Positions 37,909-46,607 of a stretch of DNA of 64,000 nt are shown piece after piece. The stretch is taken from contig CAJAXK010000259.1 of assembly GCA_903946925.1 (NCBI GenBank), positions 4,286 to 68,285 on the forward strand, written 5' to 3'. Position 1 is the first letter of the stretch. Each line of letters opens with the position of its first letter. Both the position numbers and the translations under genes were made by a program. Source of the DNA: an uncultured Bacteroidales bacterium (GTDB lineage Bacteria > Bacteroidota > Bacteroidia > Bacteroidales > UBA4417). Below the pieces are notes generated by a model. It saw nothing but the letters and a program-made list of their open reading frames with translations. It was not told the origin of the DNA and searched no databases.

Positions 37909-38949
37909 TTATTCGATAATTTTCCAATAGCCTGTTTTATCGCTTCCGATGCGTTCGATTATCCCCATTTTTTTTAATTCTTGAATATGCCTTTTTATGG
38001 TAGCCGTCGAATATGCTGTTTTGTCGGCAAGTTTACTATAATTTGCTCTTGGATTTAGTTTTAAATGTTGCATGATGCTTCTTTTTACAAGGTCATTTAC
38101 AGGGTCATTTTTAGTTTTTACAGGGTCATTTACAGGTTTAACAAACTGAACATGCATTTCCCGGTTTTGCAAGATATGGTTTTCGCCAAGCAATAAGTTT
38201 TCGAAAAAACGAAGTAAAAATTCATTGGAAGCGTGAATATTCTTCGTGTGATTTTTGTAATTGGCTCTTACCAAAGCATTTCGAAAATACCACGAATGCT
38301 CCGCAAACAAATTGTTGTTTACGTTAAAGCCAAATGTACGCATATATTTTATTAAAAAAATGGCTGTTGTCCGTGTGTTGCCTTCACCAAAAATGTGAAT
38401 TTGCCAGAGGTAGGAAATAAAATGTGCTATATGTTCAATAACTTCTTGCTGACTTAATCCTTTAAAGCTAAACTTTTTTTCTTGTTCAAAATCGTATTCC
38501 AATGTGGCTTTCAAGCTCTCGGCACTTCCGTATAAAACCGTTTCGCCATTAAGCACCCACTCTTGTTTTGTGATGTTGTAATTACGGATTTTGCCTGCAA
38601 ATTTGTAAATGCCTTTAAATAACCTGCGATGAATAGCAATGTATTCAGCCGGTGAAAACGTAAATGTTTGTTCACTCAAAATTTCTGTCATTCTTGCCGA
38701 AACTTTATCTGCTTCTTCGGTGCGGTCTTCGTTTGTTTGGGTTGGGTGCTGTATGTAATAAGTGTCAATGCGCTGTTTTACTTCGTCAATGGTAATATCG
38801 CCATCAATGTTTTGTTTGGCAGTAGCAATGAGATAGTCAGACGGTTTTAGCCCATCAACTTGTTGCAAGCCAATAGCCGTTTTCCAAACCCTTGCTTTTT
38901 CCGCTTTGTTTGGCTCACCCTGCCGCAAATATTCTTCAAAATTATCCAT
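37909..38949 (-). CDS. Fic/Fido-domain protein with N-terminal VbhA-like segment and C-terminal winged-HTH
   Basis: 346 aa. Fic motif region 'HIFGEGNTRTTA'. N-terminal 'AIGLQQVDGLKPSDYL...GDITIDEV'. C-terminal 'STATIKRHIQELKKMGIIERIGSDKTGYWKI'. Confidence 0.88.
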   Translation of the reverse strand: MDNFEEYLRQGEPNKAEKARVWKTAIGLQQVDGLKPSDYLIATAKQNIDGDITIDEVKQRIDTYYIQHPTQTNEDRTEEADKVSARMTEILSEQTFTFSPAEYIAIHRRLFKGIYKFAGKIRNYNITKQEWVLNGETVLYGSAESLKATLEYDFEQEKKFSFKGLSQQEVIEHIAHFISYLWQIHIFGEGNTRTTAIFLIKYMRTFGFNVNNNLFAEHSWYFRNALVRANYKNHTKNIHASNEFLLRFFENLLLGENHILQNREMHVQFVKPVNDPVKTKNDPVNDLVKRSIMQHLKLNPRANYSKLADKTAYSTATIKRHIQELKKMGIIERIGSDKTGYWKIIE

Positions 38950-39240
38950 TGGCTGAACTATGATTTACTTTTCCTATTTAGTCTTTCTTTTCTGTTTCTT
39001 AAACTTAATGCTAACGGTTGATGTTTTGACAAGTAGCAGATTGCTTGGTACTATTCTGGAAACCTACAAGAATGTTTGTGTTGGCCACGAAACTACAAAT
39101 TATTTACTCTGTTTGGTTTGCTTCTTACTTTTCTTTTTTAATTTCCTTTTACCATACGAAAGAATTTATGCGGTAGCGGGGAAAAGGATTAGGAGGCAGC
39201 AGTTTTTTTCTGTAAGAGTTGGTAGTGTCATTTTTAGTTG

Positions 39241-39248
39241 TAAATTTG
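39241..39248 (+). promoter_or_regulatory. Bacteroidota -7 promoter box (TAnnTTTG)
   Basis: 'TAAATTTG', 32 nt upstream of ATG 39280 (methyltransferase). Confidence 0.45.
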
Positions 39249-39279
39249 TAACCATTGTGTAAGGTTAAACTATGTGGTT

Positions 39280-40521
39280 ATGAATGAATATTTGACACTT
39301 TCGGAAGCTTCTGAACTTATTGGGAAAAGTAAAGAAACTTTAAGACGTTGGGATCGGGAAGGCAGACTTTCGGCTGTTCGCGAACCAATAAGTAATTACC
39401 GTGTCTATAATAGGGCGGAAGTCCAAACATTATTCAACGATTTTCTGACAAAAGAAACCAAAGATACTACCTCTAATTACGTAAAACCAGAAAACGATTA
39501 CAATGTTTTAGAGTTATTTGCAGGTGCTGGCGGTTTGGCTGTCGGAATGGAGAAGGCAGGTCTCAAGTGTGTTGCATTGAATGATGTAGATAAATGGGCT
39601 TGTGAAACATTGCGCAAAAACCGGCCAAACTGGAAAATTTTAGAAGGGGATATAAAGAATTTTGATTTTTCAGAATACCATAATAAGGTTGATGTTGTTG
39701 CTGGTGGTTTTCCGTGTCAAGCGTTTAGTTATGCGGGCAAAAAATTGGGGTTAGCCGATGCAAGGGGAACACTGTTTTATGAATTTGCAAGAGCTATTAA
39801 AGAAGTAAATCCTCTTATATGTATTGGCGAAAATGTTCGGGGTTTGTTAAGCCATGAAAATGGAAGAACATTGCAAGGCATGATTTCAATTTTAGATGAG
39901 ATTGGATATAATGTTGTTCCATTCCAAGTCCTAAAAGCTATAAATTATAGAGTTCCGCAAAAAAGGGAACGTTTAATTTTAGTTGGCATTCGGAAGGATA
40001 TTAATTTAAAATACGAATATCCTAAGCCACATAACAAAATATATACATTAAAGGATGCCTTAAAAAAGGGGGATTTATTCGACAATAATGTTCCAAAGTC
40101 CAATGGTGCCAAGTATCCCAAAAGCAAAACAGTTGTATTGGATTTAGTGCCGCCCAAAGGGTACTGGCGTGATTTGCCTATAGAAATTCAAAAACAATTT
40201 ATGGGCGGAAGCTTTTATCTCGGTGGCGGGAAAACAGGCATGGCTCGAAGAATTGGTTGGGACGAACCTTGTTTAACACTTACTTGTAGCCCAGCTCAAA
40301 AGCAAACCGAACGTTGCCATCCTGACGAAACCCGCCCATTTACTGTCCGTGAATATGCCAGAATTCAAACTTTTCCTGATGATTGGAAATTTGAAGGTTC
40401 AATGGCACAGCAATATAAACAAATAGGGAATGCTGTACCTGTTAATTTGGGAACGGAAGTTGGCTATTCTATTGTAAAATTCTTGAACCAATATTATCTG
40501 AAAGGCCAAAAATTAAAATAA
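39280..40521 (+). CDS. DNA (cytosine-5)-methyltransferase with N-terminal MerR/excisionase-type HTH
   Basis: Motif I 'FAGAGG', IV 'GGFPCQAFS', VI 'ENV', VIII 'QKRERL', X 'GNAVP'. N-terminal 'LTLSEASELIGKSKETLRRWDREGRL'. Confidence 0.92.
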   Translation: MNEYLTLSEASELIGKSKETLRRWDREGRLSAVREPISNYRVYNRAEVQTLFNDFLTKETKDTTSNYVKPENDYNVLELFAGAGGLAVGMEKAGLKCVALNDVDKWACETLRKNRPNWKILEGDIKNFDFSEYHNKVDVVAGGFPCQAFSYAGKKLGLADARGTLFYEFARAIKEVNPLICIGENVRGLLSHENGRTLQGMISILDEIGYNVVPFQVLKAINYRVPQKRERLILVGIRKDINLKYEYPKPHNKIYTLKDALKKGDLFDNNVPKSNGAKYPKSKTVVLDLVPPKGYWRDLPIEIQKQFMGGSFYLGGGKTGMARRIGWDEPCLTLTCSPAQKQTERCHPDETRPFTVREYARIQTFPDDWKFEGSMAQQYKQIGNAVPVNLGTEVGYSIVKFLNQYYLKGQKLK

Positions 40522-41229
40522 CTATTGGTATTTTGCTTTAATTTCTTTTGCTAAAGTTTGTATTGATTGTTCAACAACTTTGCTAGCGTCAACTTCAAGT
40601 GCAACTTCACCAATGGCATCAATTAACTCATAATAAAAGTCATCTTTACCTGTAATCCTATGCCAAAAACTTTTTCCTATAATTACTGGAAAGGTATTTC
40701 CAATTTTTCTATAATGTGAACTAAGTTCAGTTTCTTCTCCATAAACTACACCAACAATCATATCATTGATACCAACATTGAGATTATTCGTTCTAGCAAG
40801 AGATCTAACTCCGTTAAAATGATTAATTATGGTTGTAACATCATCATGATTTATTGTATTTGGGCCTGCTTTTAACTGACAATATTTTTTACGCCCATCT
40901 AATGCATCAATAAATTCAATATCAATTCCTTGAGTTGTGGATCCTAAGCCTTGAAATAAAGAACTTATTAGACTTTGAATCTTCATCCCAAATGAAGTGT
41001 TTATAGAGGAACCCAAAATTCTTGGAAGTACCAATGCTCTAGCAATACTTTCAGGGTCGTCATTGCCAGTCAGAAAATTTGCCAAATACTTGAAGAGAAA
41101 TGGGTTTACATTGTATTCAGACAACTTACTTGCTCGTTTGCAAGCACCTTCTATATGACTTTGAACAATTTCATTTCTAAAAAATGTCTTCGCATTTTCA
41201 AGTATCTGTTTTCTTTGATTATTGTCCAT
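40522..41229 (-). CDS. Putative type II restriction endonuclease (cognate partner of the m5C methyltransferase)
   Basis: 235 aa, very AT-rich, convergent, with its stop abutting the methyltransferase stop. Candidate PD-(D/E)xK core 'GIDIEFIDALDGRKKYCQLKAGPNTIN'. From memory it resembles Eco47II-family enzymes; this is unverified. Confidence 0.6.
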   Translation of the reverse strand: MDNNQRKQILENAKTFFRNEIVQSHIEGACKRASKLSEYNVNPFLFKYLANFLTGNDDPESIARALVLPRILGSSINTSFGMKIQSLISSLFQGLGSTTQGIDIEFIDALDGRKKYCQLKAGPNTINHDDVTTIINHFNGVRSLARTNNLNVGINDMIVGVVYGEETELSSHYRKIGNTFPVIIGKSFWHRITGKDDFYYELIDAIGEVALEVDASKVVEQSIQTLAKEIKAKYQ

Positions 41230-41538
41230 TAAATATTTCTTAGACTTTAAAATTATAAATTCTGTTCATTTAGGTCAGCTCTAGAATATCTCATAACTTC
41301 TCTAAATCTTATCTATGTATTTATTTAGGTATTAGCTGCAACTTCCTAATTCCTTTTATTCTTGTTTTTGAGGTGTGAATGGATAAAGCTCACATTCAAC
41401 CAAAATTACAATTTAAACAACAACCATCGACAAGCAGTTTCAAGAAGGCTTTTTCTGCATTCATGAATTGTATTTTGAACAGGTTTTCAAAGGTATGGAA
41501 ATACAAAGTCTTAAAAGTAAATTCCCAACAACATTTTT

Positions 41539-41546
41539 TATTTTTG
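41539..41546 (+). promoter_or_regulatory. Bacteroidota -7 promoter box (TAnnTTTG)
   Basis: 'TATTTTTG', 24 nt upstream of ATG 41570. Confidence 0.5.
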
Positions 41547-41569
41547 CAATGTTTTAAAATTGTCTCGAA

Positions 41570-42310
41570 ATGAAGAAGGCGCTGTCGGTTATACTCACCC
41601 CGGTATATCTAATTGTGTTTGCATTTTTGCTCGTAATTTTTCACCCTGTACAGGTTATAACCAATTGGATTTGGGGCTACCCGGTTCGCAAACGGACGGT
41701 TGATGTTTTGAATTTCTGTTTATTGCACGGAATCCGTATTCTGGGAACCCGCATCACTTTCAGTGGATTCGAAAAAGTCCCAATAAACCGGCCTTTGATT
41801 ATAGTGGCCAACCACCAAGGCACGCTCGATATCCCTCCCGTGATTGTGGGTTTTAAGAAAAACCACCCGAAGTTTATTTCAAAAATCGAATTGGGTAAAG
41901 GGATTCCCAGTGTTTCGTACAATCTGCGGCATGGCGGCTCAGTGCTTATCGACCGCAAAAACCGCTCTCAATCGGTGAAAGATATTATGATGCTTGGCAA
42001 ACACATTGAAGCCAACAATTATGCAGCCTGTATTTTCCCGGAAGGCACTCGTACCAAAGATGGTCTGGTAAAAACGTTTCAACCGGCGGGAATTGCCTCA
42101 CTAATACGCTCGGCACCTTCGGCTGTTATTGTTCCATTTGCTATTGATGGAAATTACGAAATTATGAAGAAAGGTTATTTTCCAATGACCTTTGGCTGCC
42201 ACTTGAAATTTACCGTCCTCGATCCCATTGAGCCTGCCGGCTGGGATGCCAGCGAACTGTCGGTCCACATCGAAAACCTGATAAAAGCAGAGCTTGGTCA
42301 GAAGTTCTGA
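41570..42310 (+). CDS. plsC: 1-acyl-sn-glycerol-3-phosphate (lysophospholipid) acyltransferase
   Basis: 246 aa with an N-terminal TM. HX4D motif 'ANHQGTLD' and 'FPEGTRTKDG'. Confidence 0.85.
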   Translation: MKKALSVILTPVYLIVFAFLLVIFHPVQVITNWIWGYPVRKRTVDVLNFCLLHGIRILGTRITFSGFEKVPINRPLIIVANHQGTLDIPPVIVGFKKNHPKFISKIELGKGIPSVSYNLRHGGSVLIDRKNRSQSVKDIMMLGKHIEANNYAACIFPEGTRTKDGLVKTFQPAGIASLIRSAPSAVIVPFAIDGNYEIMKKGYFPMTFGCHLKFTVLDPIEPAGWDASELSVHIENLIKAELGQKF

Positions 42311-42627
42311 AAAGATGAAGTTTAACTGAAATATAAGGAAACTCATTCCGTTTTCAGTTTGGTTCTGCTGTAATACGGCTGGTAGAATACTATGCATATA
42401 AAATTCTGAAAAATATTCATTAGGAGGTAGGGTTGCCAAATTTAATCACTTAACCCATTTTTTTCTTATTAAGATTTTTATTGCAGCGTTTCTTGATCTT
42501 GATTGCACTTATGTCGTCCTGCATTCCATTTTTCGTCGCCGGTTTTGGTGTGTTTGCAGACTTTTTTTGCAGCAGGGATTTCAACTTTTGACATTTGCAT
42601 CATGTTTAATCCTTAATCTAAAAAATC

Positions 42628-42999
42628 ATGAAAAAATCTGTTGAAATCCCGGTCCACATCATTTTCTGGACAATGTTTACAGTATTAACCTTTGTGCTTT
42701 CCAAAATGTACTTGGAATCGGTTCCTGATGCCCCCTTTGCTGCTCATTTCACTTATGTGGTACTTCTTGAACTCGTCATGGGGCTGGTTTTTTTCTATAC
42801 AACGTTTTTTATGATGCCTTGGGCACAAAAAAAACAAAATAACGCTCTTACCCTTGCTGCAATCCTCTTTGTGTTGCTTATCGTATTTGCCTTGCCGGCA
42901 ATTCAAATTGGTGTTTTGGAAGTTCTAAGTTCAGTGGTCCCACATTTGTTGCTAATTTTATTGGGTGTTCTGTTCTTTAACGCATTCAAAACAGAATAG
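42628..42999 (+). CDS. Stand-alone membrane protein paralogous to the sensor (TM) domain of the downstream histidine kinase
   Basis: 123 aa. 'MKKSVEIPVHIIFWTMFTVLTFVLSKMYLESVPDAPFAAHFTYVVLLELVMGLVFFY' aligns with 'MKKSIEIAAHIFFWIVFTLFVFMLSKIYLQADPNAPFSQNLVYVVFLEVVMGMIFFY' of 43351..44343. Confidence 0.65.
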   Translation: MKKSVEIPVHIIFWTMFTVLTFVLSKMYLESVPDAPFAAHFTYVVLLELVMGLVFFYTTFFMMPWAQKKQNNALTLAAILFVLLIVFALPAIQIGVLEVLSSVVPHLLLILLGVLFFNAFKTE

Positions 43000-43350
43000 T
43001 TAAAGGCTTGTAACAAAAGCCTGGAAGGCCGGAGATAGGGAGTTGAGGGAATGTGTTGTTGAATAAAGTTGTAGTTTTTTTTTGGTGGTTGTCATGGTCC
43101 CATGCCATAAATCATAAAATAGCCATAATAGAAAAAATTACCAACCAAAGACGAAATATTAATCAATCTGGTTTATTACTCCTGACCTCTAAAAACCAAT
43201 AATAACTAATGAAACCAATAGGGGAATTAGCCTTATCCTTGGTCTTCCTACTAAAAAGGCAAACCTTTGCTTTGTAGAAATGCACTTTTTTTGCTATTCG
43301 AATAGCAATTAGCATGTCAAAAACTGTTTTAACGTTAATTTTACAGAATT

Positions 43351-44343
43351 ATGAAGAAATCAATAGAGATAGCTGCACACATCTTTTTTTGGATAGTGTT
43401 TACCCTGTTCGTGTTTATGCTCAGCAAAATATATTTACAGGCTGACCCCAACGCGCCGTTCTCACAAAATCTGGTTTATGTAGTATTCCTGGAAGTGGTA
43501 ATGGGCATGATTTTTTTCTACCTTACCTTTTTCGGTCTTGTGTGGACCAAAAACAAACCGTTCAAACTACTTGTGCTACTGATGGGTTTAGTAGCATTGC
43601 TGTTGCTTTTTGCGTATCCTGCTACACGGGTCGGAAGATGGGAAGTAGTGAGTTCGATACTTCCACATACAATTGTGATTTTTCTGGCTGGAATTTTTAG
43701 AAAATTCTCCGACTCCATTAAGCTTGAACAGGAAAAACAATCCTTACAACTTCAGAATACAAAAAACGAACTTGCTTTGCTCAAAATGCAGATAAGTCCA
43801 CATTTTTTATTCAATACCTTAAACAACATTGATTATCTGATTCTGCATGATACAGAAAAAGCATCCAATTCCATTTCGAAATTGGCTGATATACTTAGGT
43901 ATATGGTTTACGATGTTGAAAAAGAGAAGATTCCTCTTTGGAAGGAGCTTAAGTATATTGAAGATTATATAGGGCTTATCCGCCTGAGGACAAGCGGTCC
44001 TGATTATCTCAAATACGCTCTTTCCGGAAACCCAGCACACTTACAGATTGCACCTATGCTCTTTTTCCCTTTGATTGAAAATGCATATAAGCATGCCTCA
44101 TCCAAAGAAGGATCAGAAGTTATTCAGATAAATATCAGCATTAAGGAATCCAGAATATGCTTTGTTGCAGAAAATGAGTATGATAAATCTGTATTGAATA
44201 ACCACCCAGGTTCGACAGGATTAGGGATGAATATTGTAAGGCGCAGATTAGCAATGTTATATCCAAAAATGCACTCCTTAAAAGTTACCGAAGGTAACAG
44301 CAGGTATATGCTTGAATTAACAATACAACTGGATGAATTTTAA
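43351..44343 (+). CDS. LytS/YehU-type sensor histidine kinase
   Basis: 330 aa. 4-TM sensor, 'ISPHFLFNTLNNI' (His_kinase region), and ATPase motifs 'IENAYKHA' and 'TGLGMNIVRRRL'. Confidence 0.88.
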   Translation: MKKSIEIAAHIFFWIVFTLFVFMLSKIYLQADPNAPFSQNLVYVVFLEVVMGMIFFYLTFFGLVWTKNKPFKLLVLLMGLVALLLLFAYPATRVGRWEVVSSILPHTIVIFLAGIFRKFSDSIKLEQEKQSLQLQNTKNELALLKMQISPHFLFNTLNNIDYLILHDTEKASNSISKLADILRYMVYDVEKEKIPLWKELKYIEDYIGLIRLRTSGPDYLKYALSGNPAHLQIAPMLFFPLIENAYKHASSKEGSEVIQINISIKESRICFVAENEYDKSVLNNHPGSTGLGMNIVRRRLAMLYPKMHSLKVTEGNSRYMLELTIQLDEF

Positions 44344-45025
44344 TTGTATAGCCGTGGATGATGAACCCATGGCAATAGGAAAAATCAAGTCCTTTGTTGA
44401 AAAGTTGCCTCAGCTTAAGCTTCAGGCTACTTTTCGCAATGGGGCAGATGCACTTCAGTTCATATATAACAATCCTGTGCAAATTCTATTTCTCGATATC
44501 CAAATGGATAAAATGACAGGCATCGAATTACTCGAACAACTTGCCATAAAGCCTCAGGTAATTCTTACAACTGCGTTCAGCGAGTATGCTATTCGGGGGT
44601 TTGAGCTTTCTGTTACCGATTACTTGCTTAAACCTTATGCTTTTGAGCGTTTTGCCCAGGCTGTAAACAAAGCAACCGAGTATATACAATGGCAGCAAAA
44701 AGCTGAAAAAAATTCTAGGGAAATTGTTGACTACATTTTTGTTAAGTCAGGATACAAATTGGTAAAAATTTTCCAGGATGAGATTCTTTATATCGAAGCA
44801 ATGAGGGATTTTCAAAACATCGTTTGCAGAACCGAAAAAATACTTGCAAGTCATTCCATGGCGGAGTTGGAACCCATGTTAAAAAAGGGCTTTGTTCGTT
44901 GTCACAAATCCTATATTGTGTCAATCCCTAAAATAAACAACATCGAACGCGATAGGGTTTATGTAGGAAGTAAATCAATCCCGATTGGCGAATCATATAA
45001 GGAGACATTTTTTAAATATATTTGA
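44333..45025 (+). CDS. LytTR-family response regulator
   Basis: 230 aa, overlapping the kinase by 11 nt. Receiver 'CIAVDDEP...LFLDIQMDKMTGIELL'. C-terminal LytTR domain 'IFVKSGYKLVKI...FVRCHKSYIVSI'. Confidence 0.9.
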   Translation: MNFNCIAVDDEPMAIGKIKSFVEKLPQLKLQATFRNGADALQFIYNNPVQILFLDIQMDKMTGIELLEQLAIKPQVILTTAFSEYAIRGFELSVTDYLLKPYAFERFAQAVNKATEYIQWQQKAEKNSREIVDYIFVKSGYKLVKIFQDEILYIEAMRDFQNIVCRTEKILASHSMAELEPMLKKGFVRCHKSYIVSIPKINNIERDRVYVGSKSIPIGESYKETFFKYI

Positions 45026-45228
45026 TGCATTATTTCAGAGGATTCCAATCTCGGGAATTGGCTTTTCTGTTTAAAGGACAGTCTTGCTTTTTATAGGTTG
45101 TTTTCACTGTTCTATTCAGATGATCTCATGCAATAGTTAGCAACATCAAAACTAAACCTCTGCCAAAGAACAAAAAGCTTTTTTGTTTTTATCCAATAAA
45201 ACGAATACACACTTAAACCATAAAATCC

Positions 45229-45612
45229 ATGAAACTTCTCGGCCTTTCGCCAATGCTTTGGACAAAACACCTTAACCTAAGCGTTGGGTTTTACACCAAT
45301 CTCCTCAAATTCAAATGCGACGAACTTAACGAAAAGATGGGTTTTGCCTCCCTTAGCCGCGATAATGTGCAAGTGATGCTTGTAGTACCAAAACAACATC
45401 CCGATTTTAAAGAAACCCAGTTTACCGGCTCCGTGTATATTCATACCGACGATGTTGAAAAAATATGGAAAGAACTGAAGGACAAGGTAGAAGTGATTTA
45501 TCCCATTGACAATTTCGAACATGGTATGCGCGAGTTTGCCATTTACGATAATAACAAATACAGGATAATTTTCGGGCAGGAAATTGATTTGGAAAAGTTG
45601 AGTGGGGGGTAA
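45229..45612 (+). CDS. VOC/glyoxalase-bleomycin-resistance family protein
   Basis: 127 aa. Paired beta-alpha-beta-beta-beta pattern. 'FYTNLLKF...' and 'GMREFAIYDNNKYRIIFGQ' are typical of the family. Confidence 0.7.
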   Translation: MKLLGLSPMLWTKHLNLSVGFYTNLLKFKCDELNEKMGFASLSRDNVQVMLVVPKQHPDFKETQFTGSVYIHTDDVEKIWKELKDKVEVIYPIDNFEHGMREFAIYDNNKYRIIFGQEIDLEKLSGG

Positions 45613-45771
45613 ATGTTCAATGTCGGATGTTCGATGTCGGATGAGAAATAAAATTTGGGCTTTTTCATCTTTTTCCTATTCTTTGGGGGCTAAATAATTT
45701 GGTGGCACATATTTAATCTGTAACAATCTGTATTAACTTTGTAGCAATCAAAAATAAAATGTCACCAATAC

Positions 45772-46272
45772 ATGAAAGGAGATTTTATGACCTCGCAAAT
45801 GCCCGAAAGCCCTATTTGTTGCCCGGAATTTGACCCAATTCCCTGGAATGAAAAAACCTTCGAGTGGACAGATAAGAAATTTGTTAAAGAAAAGGTATGC
45901 ACACTTTTCTTTATGCCGCTAAATTTTGGAAAGGTGATGAAAAAACTGGATCAAAAAGTTACCAAAGCCAAAGCCTCAACACCCGAAGGACTGTGCTTAT
46001 CCGATCATACATCGAAATGGAACATGGATCTGTACCTGGCTGTTGACAAAACCATACCTGATGCCGAAAACACAACTTTAAGCGGGAAATTCTTCAGCAA
46101 AGTGTATGAAGGGAAATTTCAGGATACCGGAAAATGGAATACCGATTTTGAAAACAGCTTAAAATCAAAAGGCATAAAAACCGATAAATGCTATATGTGG
46201 TACACCACCTGCCCGAAATGTGCCAAAAAATACGGCAAAAATTATGTTGTTTTTATTGCGAGGCTTGTGTGA
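45772..46272 (+). CDS. Conserved-looking hypothetical Cys-rich protein
   Basis: 166-aa ORF with 'CCPEF...' near the N-terminus and 'CPKC' near the C-terminus. No family assigned. Confidence 0.55.
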   Translation: MKGDFMTSQMPESPICCPEFDPIPWNEKTFEWTDKKFVKEKVCTLFFMPLNFGKVMKKLDQKVTKAKASTPEGLCLSDHTSKWNMDLYLAVDKTIPDAENTTLSGKFFSKVYEGKFQDTGKWNTDFENSLKSKGIKTDKCYMWYTTCPKCAKKYGKNYVVFIARLV

Positions 46273-46275
46273 AAA

Positions 46276-46428
46276 ATGTGGGATGTTGGATGTGGGATGT
46301 TGGATGTGGGATGTTGGATGTTTAATGTGGGATGGCGGATTTGGCCTTTGACCTTTGCCTTTTGCCTTTTGACCTTTAACTTTTGACCTTTGACCTTTGC
46401 CTTTTGACCTTTGCCTTTTGCCTTTTTC
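46276..46428. repeat. Compound tandem array: ATGTGGGATGTTGG x3-4, then CCTTTGAC/CTTTTGCC-type 8-9-mers
   Basis: Read directly. Starts 4 nt after the stop at 46272. Confidence 0.9.
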
Positions 46429-46607
46429 CCTTTCCTTTTTCGCTTAAATAAAAAACCCCATTTGCAATATTGGATTAAATCTATCGTTTTGACTACTACC
46501 ATGTAAACAAGCAATAAATTGATTTTTACAATGCATTAACATATAGCCACAAAACGAACTGCTATTTTAATTGTTTACTTTGGGATAAATATTTTAAACT
46601 GGAACAC

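Noticed and set aside
38960-39262. 100-aa + strand ORF between the Fic and methyltransferase genes.
   Set aside because: It lies in an AT-rich promoter region and is Phe/Leu/Cys-rich low-complexity translation with no motif. It overlaps the likely methyltransferase promoter (-7 box at 39241). ORF 41379..41573 upstream of plsC was treated likewise.
46242-46514. 90-aa Lys/Gly-rich minus-strand ORF ('KGKKAKGKGQKAKVKGQK...').
   Set aside because: It is simply the translation of the tandem 8-14-mer arrays at 46276-46428. It has no start context and no coding signal beyond repeat periodicity.
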